Part shown: positions 11,627 through 24,602 of the stretch, in pieces
How positions within the stretch are numbered: position 1 is the first letter of the stretch
Layout of the letters: each line of letters begins with the position of its first letter
Notes under the pieces: model-generated
What the model was told of the DNA's origin: nothing
Seen by the model: only the letters and a program-made list of their open reading frames with translations
The model's database searches: none
NCBI GenBank assembly: GCA_048013815.1
Contig: CM106585.1
Span: forward strand, 4,464,001 to 4,528,000
DNA length: 64,000 nucleotides
Source: Setoptus koraiensis
Lineage: Eukaryota > Animalia > Arthropoda
Direction of reading: 5' to 3'
Made by a program: the position numbers and the translations under genes

Positions 11627-11652
11627 AAAACGTAATATATTGGTTGGCGACA

Positions 11653-12447
11653 TTAACTGCCAATTGATTTGAGGTGCGTGGATCGCCAGCCGGTGTAGGC
11701 AGTGTTTTTTTTGAATTGTTCCATTTTAATATATTTTTTTGTTTTGTCGCTCGTGGCAGCTGGATATAAATAGACTGATTCAACCAGCTCTGCCACTAAC
11801 AACCAAACAAAAAAATATAAAATGGACCAACTTGAAGCAACACGGCGGCTGCGCCGACGACAGTTTGAGTGCATCGTGAAAAGTTGGGTGCACGTCGCTG
11901 GCTTATTGTTGCTATCCACAAAATAGACATTGAACGAGTTGCTTTCGTTCGCCAAGCCATAGATGTGATCTGTTGCGTTGGGCTTGATGTCGATCTCTAG
12001 TTGTCTGAAATCTTTATAAATTACAGAGAAATTTGAGTCCACAATTGAGTTGGTTACATTGATCGCAAATATTGTTTGTCTCGTGATGGATAGATCATCT
12101 ATGGCTGTCTTGCTGAACGCAAACTCGTCATTGATTTGAGTACCAACTATTATGAAACCGGTCAGATCAATATTGGCAGTATGTTCTAGCCAATCGCTTG
12201 TCATTGTATAGCTAGCTCCATCGTACAAATTCAACAAAGTGACATTATGGTCATGAATTTGCCAGTCCGACTTGGGCCTGAAATTTTAATTTAATTTTGG
12301 ATTTGATTCGGGCCTCTGCCATGTGTTCAACCAGCGAGCAACGGGTGTCTTGATGGGCACATTAGTCACCTTGTTGCTTGAGAGAGCAACAGCCACCAGA
12401 ACCTCCTTTTTACCATCCATTAAGTTTTGATTGGTGTTCGAAGGCAT
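11653..12447 (-). pseudogene. Hypothetical protein ORF interrupted by a single in-frame TAA lying in a 36-nt insertion or micro-intron
   Basis: One reading frame runs from ATG 12447 (MPSNTNQNLMDGKKEVLVAVALS...) to 11653 with one stop at 12288-12286. Several N-x-S/T sequons and a late hydrophobic stretch (WSILYFFVWLLVAELV). Only a weak resemblance (DIKPNATDHIYGLANE) to GH31 N-terminal segments. Confidence 0.35.
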
Positions 12448-13892
12448 TTGGCAGAAGCGGTAGAAACGGAAGAAATGGCAGAAATGGCAGAAAGTGGTTT
12501 AAACCATTGAGTTTCTATCGGCACACTAACACAAAGTGAGCTGATGTGTTACATTCGGAAATGGGGAACCCAAATTAGATCTAACTGGGCAATTCTCATG
12601 ATAAACCCATCGGGGGCTTGGAGAAGAAAAGAAAGAAATAGGGAAACGGGGATAGGTATGGGCTCAATTTGTTGCATGTGCTCGCAAGCTGAACAGAGGA
12701 AACTGGCCGACGACAGGCCAATGCGAGTCGGGCGCCTTGTGTCAGAGTGGGGTCGTTAGCTCATACCGTTACGCCTTGACCTTGCAGGTGAAGCCAGGCC
12801 ATATTACAGCTAATAGTTGGTGTACTTTTCCCATTGCAACCATGAGCATGGCGTGAGACGAATTTCTGTTGTTAGAGATCGTGTCGGCGTTACGTAATGC
12901 CCGTCTAGTGGCTGCTTTTACTGTTGCGGTCCCGCATTATTGAGCGAAACATTTAAGGGCAGAATGGCATCATCGTGAGTTAGTTTAGTCTGCCACAGGG
13001 CATGCTGGAGACTTGACTCGGCTTGGCTTGGCTTGGCTCGTCTACTAGCATGTACATATGATGGACAAGAGTAGACGAGAATTGAAGTATGAAGTTGCAT
13101 AGTGTAAAACGAGCATGGATCAAGGTCGAAGTTGGTTTATGTTGTGAGATGATCACGCCAAGCGATAGGCCAACACGACTGCCAATAGGCAAACTGTGTC
13201 TCCGAAGATGAACCCATCTTATCGTATCGGCCCAGCAGCTACAAACAGATAAATAAAGGTAGTAGTACAAATAGTATATACGTCGCTTGTTATATAACAT
13301 ACCGACTGATATATTTGGGTGTGGCTGTTGCAAACAGTTTGGCTTGTTTACTCAGACTCAAAACTCATGACTTGTCTCTCGTTGGCTTGTTTCACGCGAA
13401 CGCTTCTTTTGAACATGGTGGTTGGCGCCAAAAAGAATGCCACTAGCATCACTGCTGCGAACTCACTGGTTTCAAAATCAAAAATATCCACCATGTACCC
13501 GCGATGCTTGAGCGTTGTATAACAAAATAATAGGTGACCATAAATAACATCGTGTGCCTCCATAATGGTCGCTAACAAGGCGAAACTGGCTGGAATTGAT
13601 TTTATTGGTTGCATGTTTCAAGACGAGACGATAATATAATACAAGAGAACAACATGAGAATAACACAACAAGGTGCGAGCCAATATTTTCGGTTGCTCTC
13701 TGTCGTTGTTGGCCGATGGCGGATATTTGTTGCGCGCCAACGCGAAGCTCCCATTGAGTGATGCCGGCCACAATGGACAGCCAAAATGGCCAAAATGACG
13801 GACGGGCCGATGGACAGACAAATAGACAACAAGCAAAAAACACTGGCAATTGTGAGCGAAAACAGAGCCAAGCCACCTAACAGACCCGTCTA

Positions 13893-13981
13893 CCTGTTGT
13901 TGGTCGCGATGTTGTCGGTCGCGGTGTTGTCGGTCGCGATGTTGTTGGTAGCGATGTTGTTGGTAGCGATGTTGTCGGTCG
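13893..13981. repeat. 15-nt tandem repeat (GTTGTCGGTCGCGAT / GTTGTTGGTAGCGAT, ~6 copies)
   Basis: Read directly; it produces the spurious VAMLL/QHRDR ORFs. Confidence 0.85.
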
Positions 13982-15039
13982 GCGGGCAGTGGCGATAGTG
14001 GTGCCAATTAGGTGTGACACCGCTCGATTCGACTAATTCGACTACTGTGTTTGCAGCGACGCCGCTAAATTATTGTGATTGGCGCATTAGCTGAATATAC
14101 AAAAAATGAATGATTTTCTCTGGCGATGCCCGCCTGCTTCATGGGGCGGATTATGTGCCATGCACCGTGCACCATGCACCATGTATTGCGTAATATGTAT
14201 TATGTATTATGTAGTATGTTGTATGCTGTATGTAGTATGTGGTGTGTATTAATGTGGTGTGTTATGTAGTATGTATTATGTAATATGTAGGTGGACACAG
14301 CGGATTAGCGGCCGACGTAACAGCCCAGCCGACAAGCAGCCCGATTAGTCGGGCCAACAAATTAGTCGGGGGCCGGCCGACAATGGCGGCTGGCAACGGC
14401 CCAAGCAACGAGCTCAATGTAACAATGATTGCGCCGAGCTTAATTAGGCAACAGCGGCTTACATGATGAAAAGGTCGTTGCGGCCATGATGTCAAGCTTT
14501 TGTCATGTTGTTGTTGCACAGTTTACACAAAAAGTTGTATCAACCGAGTTTACATGTTGGCCTGTCGCTGTCGACGACAAGTGCGCCGCAGCGATAATAT
14601 AAATCCATCAACATCTAAATTAGAAACAAAATGGCCAGCTCAAATTGCCAATAATTGAACAGTCGCTTCTACTGGCTCGCAACTTTATCCATTGTTAACT
14701 GTTGGCTACCGTGAGCTAAGCCTGTTCAATCGGCTTTTCTCGATGCACACAATACACAATACGTATAAAAAGTGCGCCGTTCGCCGTTCGCCGTTCGTTC
14801 GCCGTTCGCCGTTCGCAGAAGATGAGTGAACTTGCGCCAACTGATTTAATTATCCGGCCGCATCCCATGGCAAGTGCAGCCTGCGCAAGTGTAATTGAGG
14901 CTCTACTGACAGCCACAGGAACAATGCAGTGGCGCCTGACGAGCGAGCCTTGCCCTCGCTCGTCTCAGTGGCCGAAATTCAGCGTGAGCCGAAAATAGCT
15001 CGCACTGACACAAGCGAGGGCGAGCTATTTTCGCGATAG

Positions 15040-15186
15040 AGCGTTCGAGAAGCGGCGAGCGTTCGCGAATTAGAGAGAGCGAGCGTTCGCGAATTAGAGA
15101 GAGCGAGCATTCGAGAAGCAGAGCGAGCGTTCGAAAAGCAGAGCGAGCGGTCGCGAAACAGAGAGCGTTCGAAAAACAGAGAGAGC
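15040..15186. repeat. Degenerate 20-22-nt tandem array built on GAGCGAGCGTTCG(A/C)GAA
   Basis: gagcgttcgcgaattagagagagc twice, followed by gagcgagcattcgagaagca, gagcgagcgttcgaaaagca and similar units. Confidence 0.8.
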
Positions 15187-18100
15187 GAAACGGAGAAACT
15201 CCCACCTGTTGTTTTAATGGACATAAGTTATGGCCGCGGCTCGATGTGATACTGATGGGGCATCATTATAATTTTGGCTGCTTGCGCAACAGCACGCCGA
15301 TTTGTAGCGACGAGCAGCAGCGACGTTGCCGCGAATCGATGGCTCGACGCTGTCTAAATATACGCCGCATGAGATACAATGTTGCTGTTGGGTTCACTCT
15401 CGCTCGACTCACAAGCGAGTCAGTCGGCTGTCGCTGGCCGCCGTTGCCATTGTGGCCGGTCCCGCAAAAGCACGCTGCCACTGTGACTGCACAATCGCCG
15501 ACAGGTAGGCAACAGGTAGGCGGATTTCGGCCACAGCGTTGGCCGTTTTCGGATTGGCGGATTGGGTCGCTGGAGCGAGTAAACACGGCCCATGCATATC
15601 ATGCACCAGTACAGTAATATGCAGTATGTATACAGTATTATCGCATAGAGTATTATCGCATTCAGTAAGCGTACATGTAAGCGCAGCGAGTGTTATGTAA
15701 TGGATAATTGTTGCGCAGCCTTGGTTTGTGTGGCTCGCGGTCAGTCGGTTGTTGCGGGTCGCTCTGGGCAGCTCTGGGCAGCTTTGGGCAGTGGCCAGCG
15801 CGAACCATTAGCCGACTCGCAATTGTCAGCAGCAGCAGCGTTGCGTAACCTGATAGAGCCGGCCCAGAGCGCATAATGGTGCACGAGAGAGCCTGCTCAT
15901 GCTACGAGTGAGTCTCGTAGTGAGAGTGTCGTAGTGAGAGTGTCGTAGCGCGAGTCTCATGGTATGAGAGGCCCAAAATAAACAGGATGCGGCGGATTGA
16001 CGCCACATGTAGCTGGTGGCCGGCAACGGCCGACGAGAGTCACACGAGCGAGCGAGAGTTTTGTCGTCGTCGTGTTTGTTTTCTGGCCGTTTACACACCG
16101 TGGCCGTGTATACGACTCGCATGTACTTACACTTATGCGCCAGTGTACACTTGTATGTGCTTCTATGCGGATATAAACGCGCGTATAAACAAAGTCAGCA
16201 GATTATCTGCTGATACACGTACAAACATCACGTTCGGGCCGGCCGTTGTTTGCGCGTCCGTTTGTTTGCGCGGCCGCTCGTTCGGGCGGCCGGTTGTTCG
16301 GGCGGCCGGTTGCGCGAGAAACGCAAGTCGCGTAATGTAGTTATATCATAGTTATATCACAGTGCTGCATGTGGCCAGATTAATTGGTCAGCGGCAGCAA
16401 CAGGCGGCCAGCAGCGGCCAATAGCAATAACAGGCGGCCGCGGCAGGAAACGAGCGCCATTAGCGGCGCAATGGCTCCAACAAAATGGTGTGATTTGACA
16501 TGGGCACATACACACATACGCATCGCATGTATCACATGAGAGGAGCCAACAAACACGGCCGGCTATTATGTAACTTGTCGCCATCGGCACGGCCGAGCGA
16601 GCGGCAGCCGCCGCGTCGCAGTTGCCGCAACTGGATGGGCCAAGTTGATTAGCACATGTTGTGTCATGTTTATTGCTCATCAATGATACTATTACCACTA
16701 ATTCCAGTTGCTGCCGTCATGTAATTAGAGTGCCAGCCCCTTTCACACAGCTTTTTACAGACTCTCTCGCTCTCTCTCTCGCCACTCCATTGGCCTCTGT
16801 CTAGGCGCGCATAGGCGGCGCATCGGTTGGGCATCGGTCGGGCGACTGGCACAGCGTGTGTGTCGGATGTCATAATTGCCAATAAACAACACACTGCTCG
16901 CTGATTTATCATTCACAGGCTGTGAATCACAGCAAACATTCGCTGGCCGGCGATCGGCCGCGGATCGGCTGCGGATCGGCCGAGTCCAGCAACGGCTATC
17001 CGATCGGCAAGTCGCCCGCAGCAAGTGTCAAGTCCCGCAACCGCACAGGCCAACCCGAGCGGCGCCGCTCGCTGCCGGTCGGCCGCATCGGACGGCCATC
17101 GCTGGACTCGGTAGAGCCGGCCGCCTTCGCGCTTCGATACTCCCGGCTGCTCCACTGGCGCTCGAACTGGAGCGTGTTCGACCGTGTGCGCCGGCGGCGG
17201 CTTCGCAAACGCACGTCGACAGCCAGCGAGCGAGCGAACCGAAGAACGAGCCAAAGAACGAGCCGAAGAACCAACGAAAGAACGGACGAAAGAACGACGA
17301 AAGCACCGACTGCAAGCCATACACGCTATCAATCAGGCCGACGCACAGTGATCCAGTTTGTGGCAGCTAACAAGTGTGAGCTTGCTGCGAACACGACCGA
17401 AGCGAGGCGCCCGTTTCCATGGCGACGCCGCGCCGCCAACATGCAGTGGAGGCAAGCCGGCGCGGCACATGCCCGCTCTAGGATGTTGTTACGCAACGAT
17501 ACGCTACGATAGCTGGCTGGCTGGCTGGAGAAAAGCAGCCAGATATGCGAGTAGCAGCCAAACATGCGAATGGCAGCCAAACATACGAATGGCGGCCAGA
17601 TATACGAGCGGCAGCGACGGCGAGATACGAACGGCGGCGACGGCGAGACGCAAGCGAGCGACTTCGCTGGCAAGCGCATTCGTATCATACGAATCGCACA
17701 CACACTGAATGAAAATATAAGCCTCATGTGAGCTCATTCGGGCCGTTGCCACGGCTGGGCCCACGTAAAAACATGGCCGCACAAAATCGATCATGACCCT
17801 AATCACCAGCCTGCATTTGGCCGACTGTTGCTGGCCGATATCGCGATATTTCTGTATCGCGACGCGCCGGCGCTCCGACGTTGCGATGCGCCGATCATCA
17901 GCGGCTGACGTTCGCACAATCTCGCATTCTGACAACTTGTGACTCACAAGTTGTGAGTTGTGTGCGAGCCGTCGGAGCTATCGCCACCATCGCCGATATC
18001 CGACCGCCGGGCTGCCGGGCCTTGCGACCGAAAACGTCCGAGCGAGCCGCGTGAGGAGGCGAATCGACGGCCTTACGTTCTCGAGCGTCGGCTTAGTGCG

Positions 18101-20147
18101 CCAGTTGAATCGACTGGCGCAAACACACGCCTGTGGCTAGACAGGCGAGATGGATTTGAATTAATATCCCCTGTCGGCGCTGCGAGTTGCCGGGCGGACG
18201 ATCCTGTGCCGATGGCCAGTCAACGGCACAACGATCAAAATAATATAACAATATTTAAATGCAAATGCGCCGGCCAAACAAGAGCAAAAGTCAGTGGCGC
18301 TGAGCACGCAATCAATTGTGCGGCGCAGCCGAGCGTAACAACTCAAACAAGCTGGGTGAAAGTTTGCGCGCCGGCTAGCTCGCCAGCGACCAACAGCAAC
18401 AATCCAGAGCGGACAGCCTCGGTACGATTCGGCTCACCTGTGCTCCATTGAGCCGCGTCTGTTGCCCGTCTGACAAGGGCACGGGATTGATTCAAACTGG
18501 AGCTAGCTCCAGTTTGACTGCCGACACCTGCCCATTGCGCGGCGAGCGTCGCGGCAACGTGAGACACGAACAACAAACGGCAACAAACGGCAACAAACGG
18601 CAACAAATTGCACAAATCGCACAAACGGCATCGGCTAATTGAATTAACATTTGCGGCGCGACTCGTTGTTGTGCCGACCGACCAAGAGCCGGCCAAAAGC
18701 CGACCAAAAGCTGCGAACGACCCACAATAACAGGCCCAACGATAATAATAAATCATAATCACCGCTAACGAGCCCGCTGGTCGCCACTATCGGCGGATCA
18801 TGCGATTCTCGTCAGACGTATCAGATGCACATCTGATACATGGGACGGTCGGGCGCGTCATGCGCGCCGTCGGATGTGTCAGACGCAACGTCGGACGTCG
18901 CTTCGGATGGATATGGGAGCAGCATCATAATGCAAGCAACGGAGGTGAGTAAACCCATCATCTGAGAACACCTGTCGCGCGATGATCACATCAATGTCAC
19001 CTTGGGCAGTTTATGTTTCCAATGTTCATGTTTGTGACCGCACTGCTGTTGCCCTGAGTATATTTACATGCCCGGCAACATGTAAATATGCGCACGGCCG
19101 TCGGACGGAGCGGATGAACTGCGTCCGACAGAGAGCGGCTTTGTGATTTACCGCGCTCGTTGTTGCCGGTGTCACCGTTGCAGTTGTCGCTGTTGCCATC
19201 TCGTTGCAGTTGTCGCTGTTGCCCTGATAGTTGTAGTTGTGGCCGGTGCACAGCCACAGGCACGCTACCTGTCGAAGCCGAATCTGCGAGGCCGAAGGCC
19301 ATCAAATCGACAGCGGCCGGCCAAACGATCGACGGCCGGCCGCTGCCACAAGATACGGTCACGTTAACCGGCGACCGGCCAGCGGCGACGGTTGTTGCGC
19401 AATCGGCCAGATTGGCGACAAGCAACGAGACCGACGCTCGCACTCACAGCTCCAAATCAATTTGCCAAACAGTGTCTGCCAAATTGTCTGCCAAAGTGTC
19501 TGTCCAACACCCACACCGACCGACACCAGAGGCGCTGGTGGCGCCGATATCGTTTGCGATACATCATCCGGTCACTTGACTGCAATAACATGTAACATGT
19601 GAGCCCAAATCAAGCGATTACGCAAGCAGCGCCTTGCCGTGTTGTTAGCGCGGTATTGTTACGAGTGTTGCTAATGGAATAGTGATGCCGCCGCAACACT
19701 GTACTAGTAACAGTGTGCTTATTGATTTACCTGTGTATTTATGGCCGTGTTAGACAGGCGCACAATGATACATTGGCACGCTGGCTGCGCCAATCGGTGC
19801 GGCCGATCGATTCCGAGGGCCATTTCACAAGTGCATTTCAGAAGGCCGCACGCTCGAAGAAGCCGCCGATCGATGCCGGTTACGGCACACTCCGCATGGC
19901 ATACAGCAACTCGTTGGCCTGTCGTTGCGCAAGCGACGACACAAACAATCGCCAGAAAACATTTGAATGGCTTGCGTAATTTCACAGTGTGTAAACTAGT
20001 TGAGACTGTTCAGATGCCAGTTGCTGACGGGCGCGATTTAAACTTGAACTGGCTGCTGTTGCCCAAAGCAAACACCCGGTCTGCCGGTGTACTTCGGTAT
20101 GTTCCGACTGGCGGACATGCCGGCCTGTCGGAAGCGCACGCCGGCTG

Positions 20148-20197
20148 ATGCGAGCCGCGGACAGCCGAGCCGCGGACAGCCGAGCCGCGGACAGCCG
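20148..20197. repeat. 15-nt tandem repeat CGAGCCGCGGACAGC x3
   Basis: Read directly. Confidence 0.85.
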
Positions 20198-20685
20198 AGA
20201 AGCGCCGCGAACTGCTCGCTGAGAACTGCTCGGCAAGAAGCACCGCGAACTGCTCGGCGAGAAGCAGCGAGAAGCACGCCGAGAGGGAGAAGAAAGAACA
20301 GATATAAAGTCGCGCATTGTGGCTGTTGATTCTGCTGAGTGGTCGGTCGTGAATGGCCGACCGGCGGCAGCGGCAAGTGGCGGCTTATCTCATCCGCTGC
20401 GAGCCATCTATCCGCGGCATCCATGGCAGCCGTGAACCGGCCGTCGGCTCGCCAGCGGAGATGCGCAACGCGATAAGCCGACCAACGTAACGAATATATT
20501 ATGGAAATGCACACATTATATAATGATAATATAATAATGTAATGGCCATACATTGCGCAACCATGGCGCGAATATTGCGCGAATGTTTCGTGGATATTGC
20601 GTGGATATTGGGTGGATATTGCGCAAATGTTGGGTGCGAGAAAATATCGGCAACTCGTCACTTGCCCGATGGCCGCTTGTGGCTG

Positions 20686-20711
20686 GCGTTCGAACTTCGA
20701 AGTTCGAACGC
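20686..20711. repeat. Perfect 26-bp palindrome GCGTTCGAACTTCGAAGTTCGAACGC
   Basis: The sequence equals its own reverse complement and contains three TTCGAA units. Confidence 0.95.
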
Positions 20712-22302
20712 ATCGACAGCTCGCCGAATGCCGGCGTTCGAACGCCAGACGCAAGCCGGCGCGATTGTGCGTTCTCGACACGGATGGCAGCCTCACCGAG
20801 CGACCACTCGAGCCGCGCCGTGAGCCGGTCAGGCAACACTGACCAGGCCGCTGCCCGTGAGCTGCCAGCACTGACCAGTGACACATCGCAAGGCCCGAGT
20901 GCGGCCTGCGGGCCGACGGGCATGCAACATGCAAATGAGATTAGACAACTGCAAAATTGCACTTGTCCGATTGACAAGTGCAATTTCGCGTTGCGTTTGC
21001 CAATTGTGTACCAATTGTACGAATTGTACGAATTGTACGAATTGTGCCACTTGTGTCAGTTGTGCCACTTGTGCCACTCGGACACCACTGAGAGCGTCGT
21101 GTGCTGGCACAACAAAAGATTACGACGCACAGAAATTATCGGCCCATTATCATTTATAAAACCAGTGCACGGTGCACCGGCAGTGCACCTGGTCACGCTG
21201 CTCGTGAGGCTGCACCGACTGCTGGCCCAGCAGCCTGCAGCGGCTGTCAGCCGCTGCATGCTGCATCATTTTCGCTGCAGCGGCCGCCGCTGCCTGGCAA
21301 CAAGCATGCTCCACAACTTTCGCCTCACGCTGTATCTCTGGGCGTGTGCCTTTCCCCTCCTGGTGCGCATGCACCATGCCGTAAGTGGTGCAGCATCTGT
21401 GAGTGCGCTAAGTGTGCTGCTTGCGTCGCTTGCGTTGTTTGTGTTGCCCACACAAAATGGTACACACTGTAAGACGCTTGCTGCATTGCAGCAGTGCTTG
21501 CAGCGCTGGTGCACAGCAGCACTGGCGGCGGACACGGCGCGCAGCGCCAGCAGCAGTCGATGGCAACCGTCTGAGCCGACTGCACATATTGCGTTACGCA
21601 CTTCACTAAATATCCCTTGTCGTCGATAATTAATAATTAATCGTCGCTAATATTCGTATCACACCAATCCCAGTTCAGTGAATTTGTTTCGTTATTTGTT
21701 AGAAATAGTATAAAGCGATCGGATAACATTTACATTGTTAGCAACATTCAGTATTTATTGTCATGCCAGCTGAATTGCAGCCCGTGTAAGCGCACTCTCA
21801 CAAGAGCGACTAGGCATTGCGACAAATCTCGGCCAAAACAAGCATATGCTCGCTCGACATTGGCGGCCGCAATATAATTGTCGACAATCGCAATTGCAAC
21901 AACAACTCGCTTGCAAATGCCAAATGAAAAACAATGCTCATCGAGTCGCAAAAAACAGCAACATCACCAGAGCAACAAGCGCCAGTCGTGACATTGGATT
22001 TGTGATATCTCATCGGCAGCATTATTACAGACACACACGTACATTATTATTACTATGACTATTACTCATCAGTTTGCACAATCGCCAGCAACAAGTCACT
22101 GTGCCTAACCCTATCGACACGGCAAGCAATCACGGCAAACAATCACTGCAAGCATCTCTCGTTACTCGCATCGCCAGATCGACACCAATTCAGACAAAGC
22201 AACCGCTAATTGGCCACCACCTATTTGCCTATTCGTCACTACGTTTACTAATCACCACTAATTGCCTATTACTAATTAACCATCACAACTCAGCCATCAG
22301 CC

Positions 22303-24602
22303 ATGGGCTGCTGCTTCTCCTGCCTCTCGGAAGAGGACATACAATATGACAAGTCGCGAAAGTGCACCGACAAATTCTGGCTGTTCCTATTCATACTCAG
22401 CTGGATTGTGCTCATTGGCGCCGCCGGATACTCGTTCATGAAGGGCGACCCTACAAGAATCATATACGGCTACGACAGCTTTGGCAACATATGCGGCCAA
22501 AAGAACAGGTACATCAAGGGCGTGCCTTGGTCCGGCATGGACATGAGGGGCAAACCGTATTTGTTTCACATGAACCCCGAAAACATCTCGTACACTCTCA
22601 AGATTTGTGTCACACAGTGTTTCACTGGCTTTAAAAATGCTCCAGATAAAAATTTGACCAACGACTACGATCTTAAGCTATTCTATCAGGAATCAAACTC
22701 CAAACTGTACCGTTACGACTACGATGTTACAGAGAGAAATCTTGAGAAATACTATCAGAATATTTCACCCCAGGTTATCTTGGGCAATCGCGCCACTGAC
22801 GAGGAGAAGGGCTTTGGACCGGCGCCCAAGTTCGATGTCACCAAACAACGCCCAGTGCTCAATAGGTGCGTTGCAACAAACAAAGTCAAACTTGGCACCA
22901 ATTCTGGTTACATCAACGCCCTATACAACTATTTCAAAAACATGGACGCCTTGCAAAAAATATTCAGCGATATATATATTAGCAGACACAACATAGGAAA
23001 ACTCGTTGCTCTTGGCGTTGTCGTCTCACTGGTAGTTGTGTTCAGTATACATTATTTGGCCTCTATAGTGTCCACCATCATAATGGTTGTTGCCACGCTA
23101 ATAATGATTGCACTCACAGGATTCTCTTGGTATGTCTACATCGACCTCAAGAACAAAACCAACAATAGTGTGGAATTTATAAAACATCTAGATGATCACA
23201 TTGCCAATTCAGACACATTTTTGGCACTGTCCTTATTGCTCACCTTTATCACTATCATAGTGATGGTTGCAACATATTTCATGCAGTCCAGAGTGAATCT
23301 TATGGTTGCCCTCTTCCACGAAACAGCGTCCTGTTTTAGAGCTATGCCAGGATTGGTCATACAACCTCTCTGGACAACGGCAGTTCTCATATTATTCTTT
23401 CTATTCTGGTCCACTATTCTATTGGCAATATCCACTGCTGATGATGAAATAGTTTATAATTCGACAACTACCAGATTCCAACTAAGTCTGCCTGCGAGAG
23501 AAGCTCTATGGGACAACCAAAATGGGCAAAGGACATTTAGAGAATGGAGTAGTACAGCGAATAAATATGCCATCGAATCAGTGAAACATAAAAAGCCTCC
23601 CGCCATTAGGTATATTTGGGTATTCCTAATAGTCATGCTTTTTTGGTCCTCAGAGTTTATACTTGGCTGCCAACAGGTAAGTCCAAATGATGTACTATAT
23701 CTACTAGTGGTGAGAAATTTCTCTTTCAGTCTATACTAATCACAATTTCTCTTTTCTTGCTCCCCATACAGATGACTGTCGCCGGTTCAGTAGCCAGCTG
23801 GTATTTTTGTCGAGATAAATCAACGCTGAGATGCCCCATAACAAGCTCTATTCACAAAATACTAACTTACCATCTTGGATCAGTCGCCAAAGGCAGTTTA
23901 CTATTGACTCTCTTTAAAATACCCAGATTAATACTGATGTACCTTGAAGCTCAATTTCAAAAGATCAAAGGAAAATATAGATGTCTAGAGTGCACATTAG
24001 CGTGTTGCCACTGTTTCTGGTACTTGTTGGAGAGATTTATCAGATATATTAATCACAATGCCTACACTATTATAGCCATTGAAGGAACACCATACTGCAC
24101 TTCGGCTCAAGTAGCCTTCTCGACTCTGGCAGCTAATACCGCCAGAGTGGTAGTGATCAATAGCATTGGAGATTTCATACTTTTCCTCGGCAAATTGATA
24201 GTTACTGCCTCAGTCGCCTTAGTTGGAATGTACTTTGTACGTTTTGAAACAAACGTCTACTACATGGCCGTGCCTGTTATTTTTGCCTCAATAGTAGTAT
24301 ATTTCATTGCCCACTCAATGTTATCAGTCTATGAAATGGTCATAGACACACTCTTCTTGTGTTACGTAGAGGACGTGACTAAAAATGCCAATTCGCCAGA
24401 AGGATACTACGCGCCACCTTCCCTATTGGCTTTTGCTGGCGAGGAAAATATTAATTCAGGAGCCATTCGCATAGCTAGGGATGTCAATCCCGAAATGGGT
24501 TCTGGCAGATATCAGTCACCACCCATGCAAGGTGGAAAAAAGAATGGCAGTCCTCCAGTAGGGTTCATATATCCCCAACATGTTTTGGAATCTTCTCATT
24601 AA
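22303..24602 (+). CDS. CTL1: Choline transporter-like protein 1 (SLC44 family), 734 aa; exons 22303-23676 and 23772-24602
   Basis: MGCC N-terminus, RKCTDKFWLFLF, GDPTRIIYGYDSFGNICG, SEFILGCQQ|MTVAGSVASWYF, YHLGSVAKGS, INHNAYTIIAIEG, EMVIDTLFLCY. 95-nt intron CAG|GTAAGT...ATACAG restores the frame. Confidence 0.95.

Noticed and set aside
20686-20711. Heat-shock element interpretation of the TTCGAA palindrome
   Set aside because: The GAA/TTC spacing is 0-1 nt, not the 2 nt required for nGAAnnTTCn arrays.
20553-21629. 358-aa plus-strand ORF (also the 298-aa minus ORF at 20038-20934)
   Set aside because: No recognisable motif. The ORFs run through tandem repeats and a palindrome, and stop-poor GC-rich DNA explains their length.
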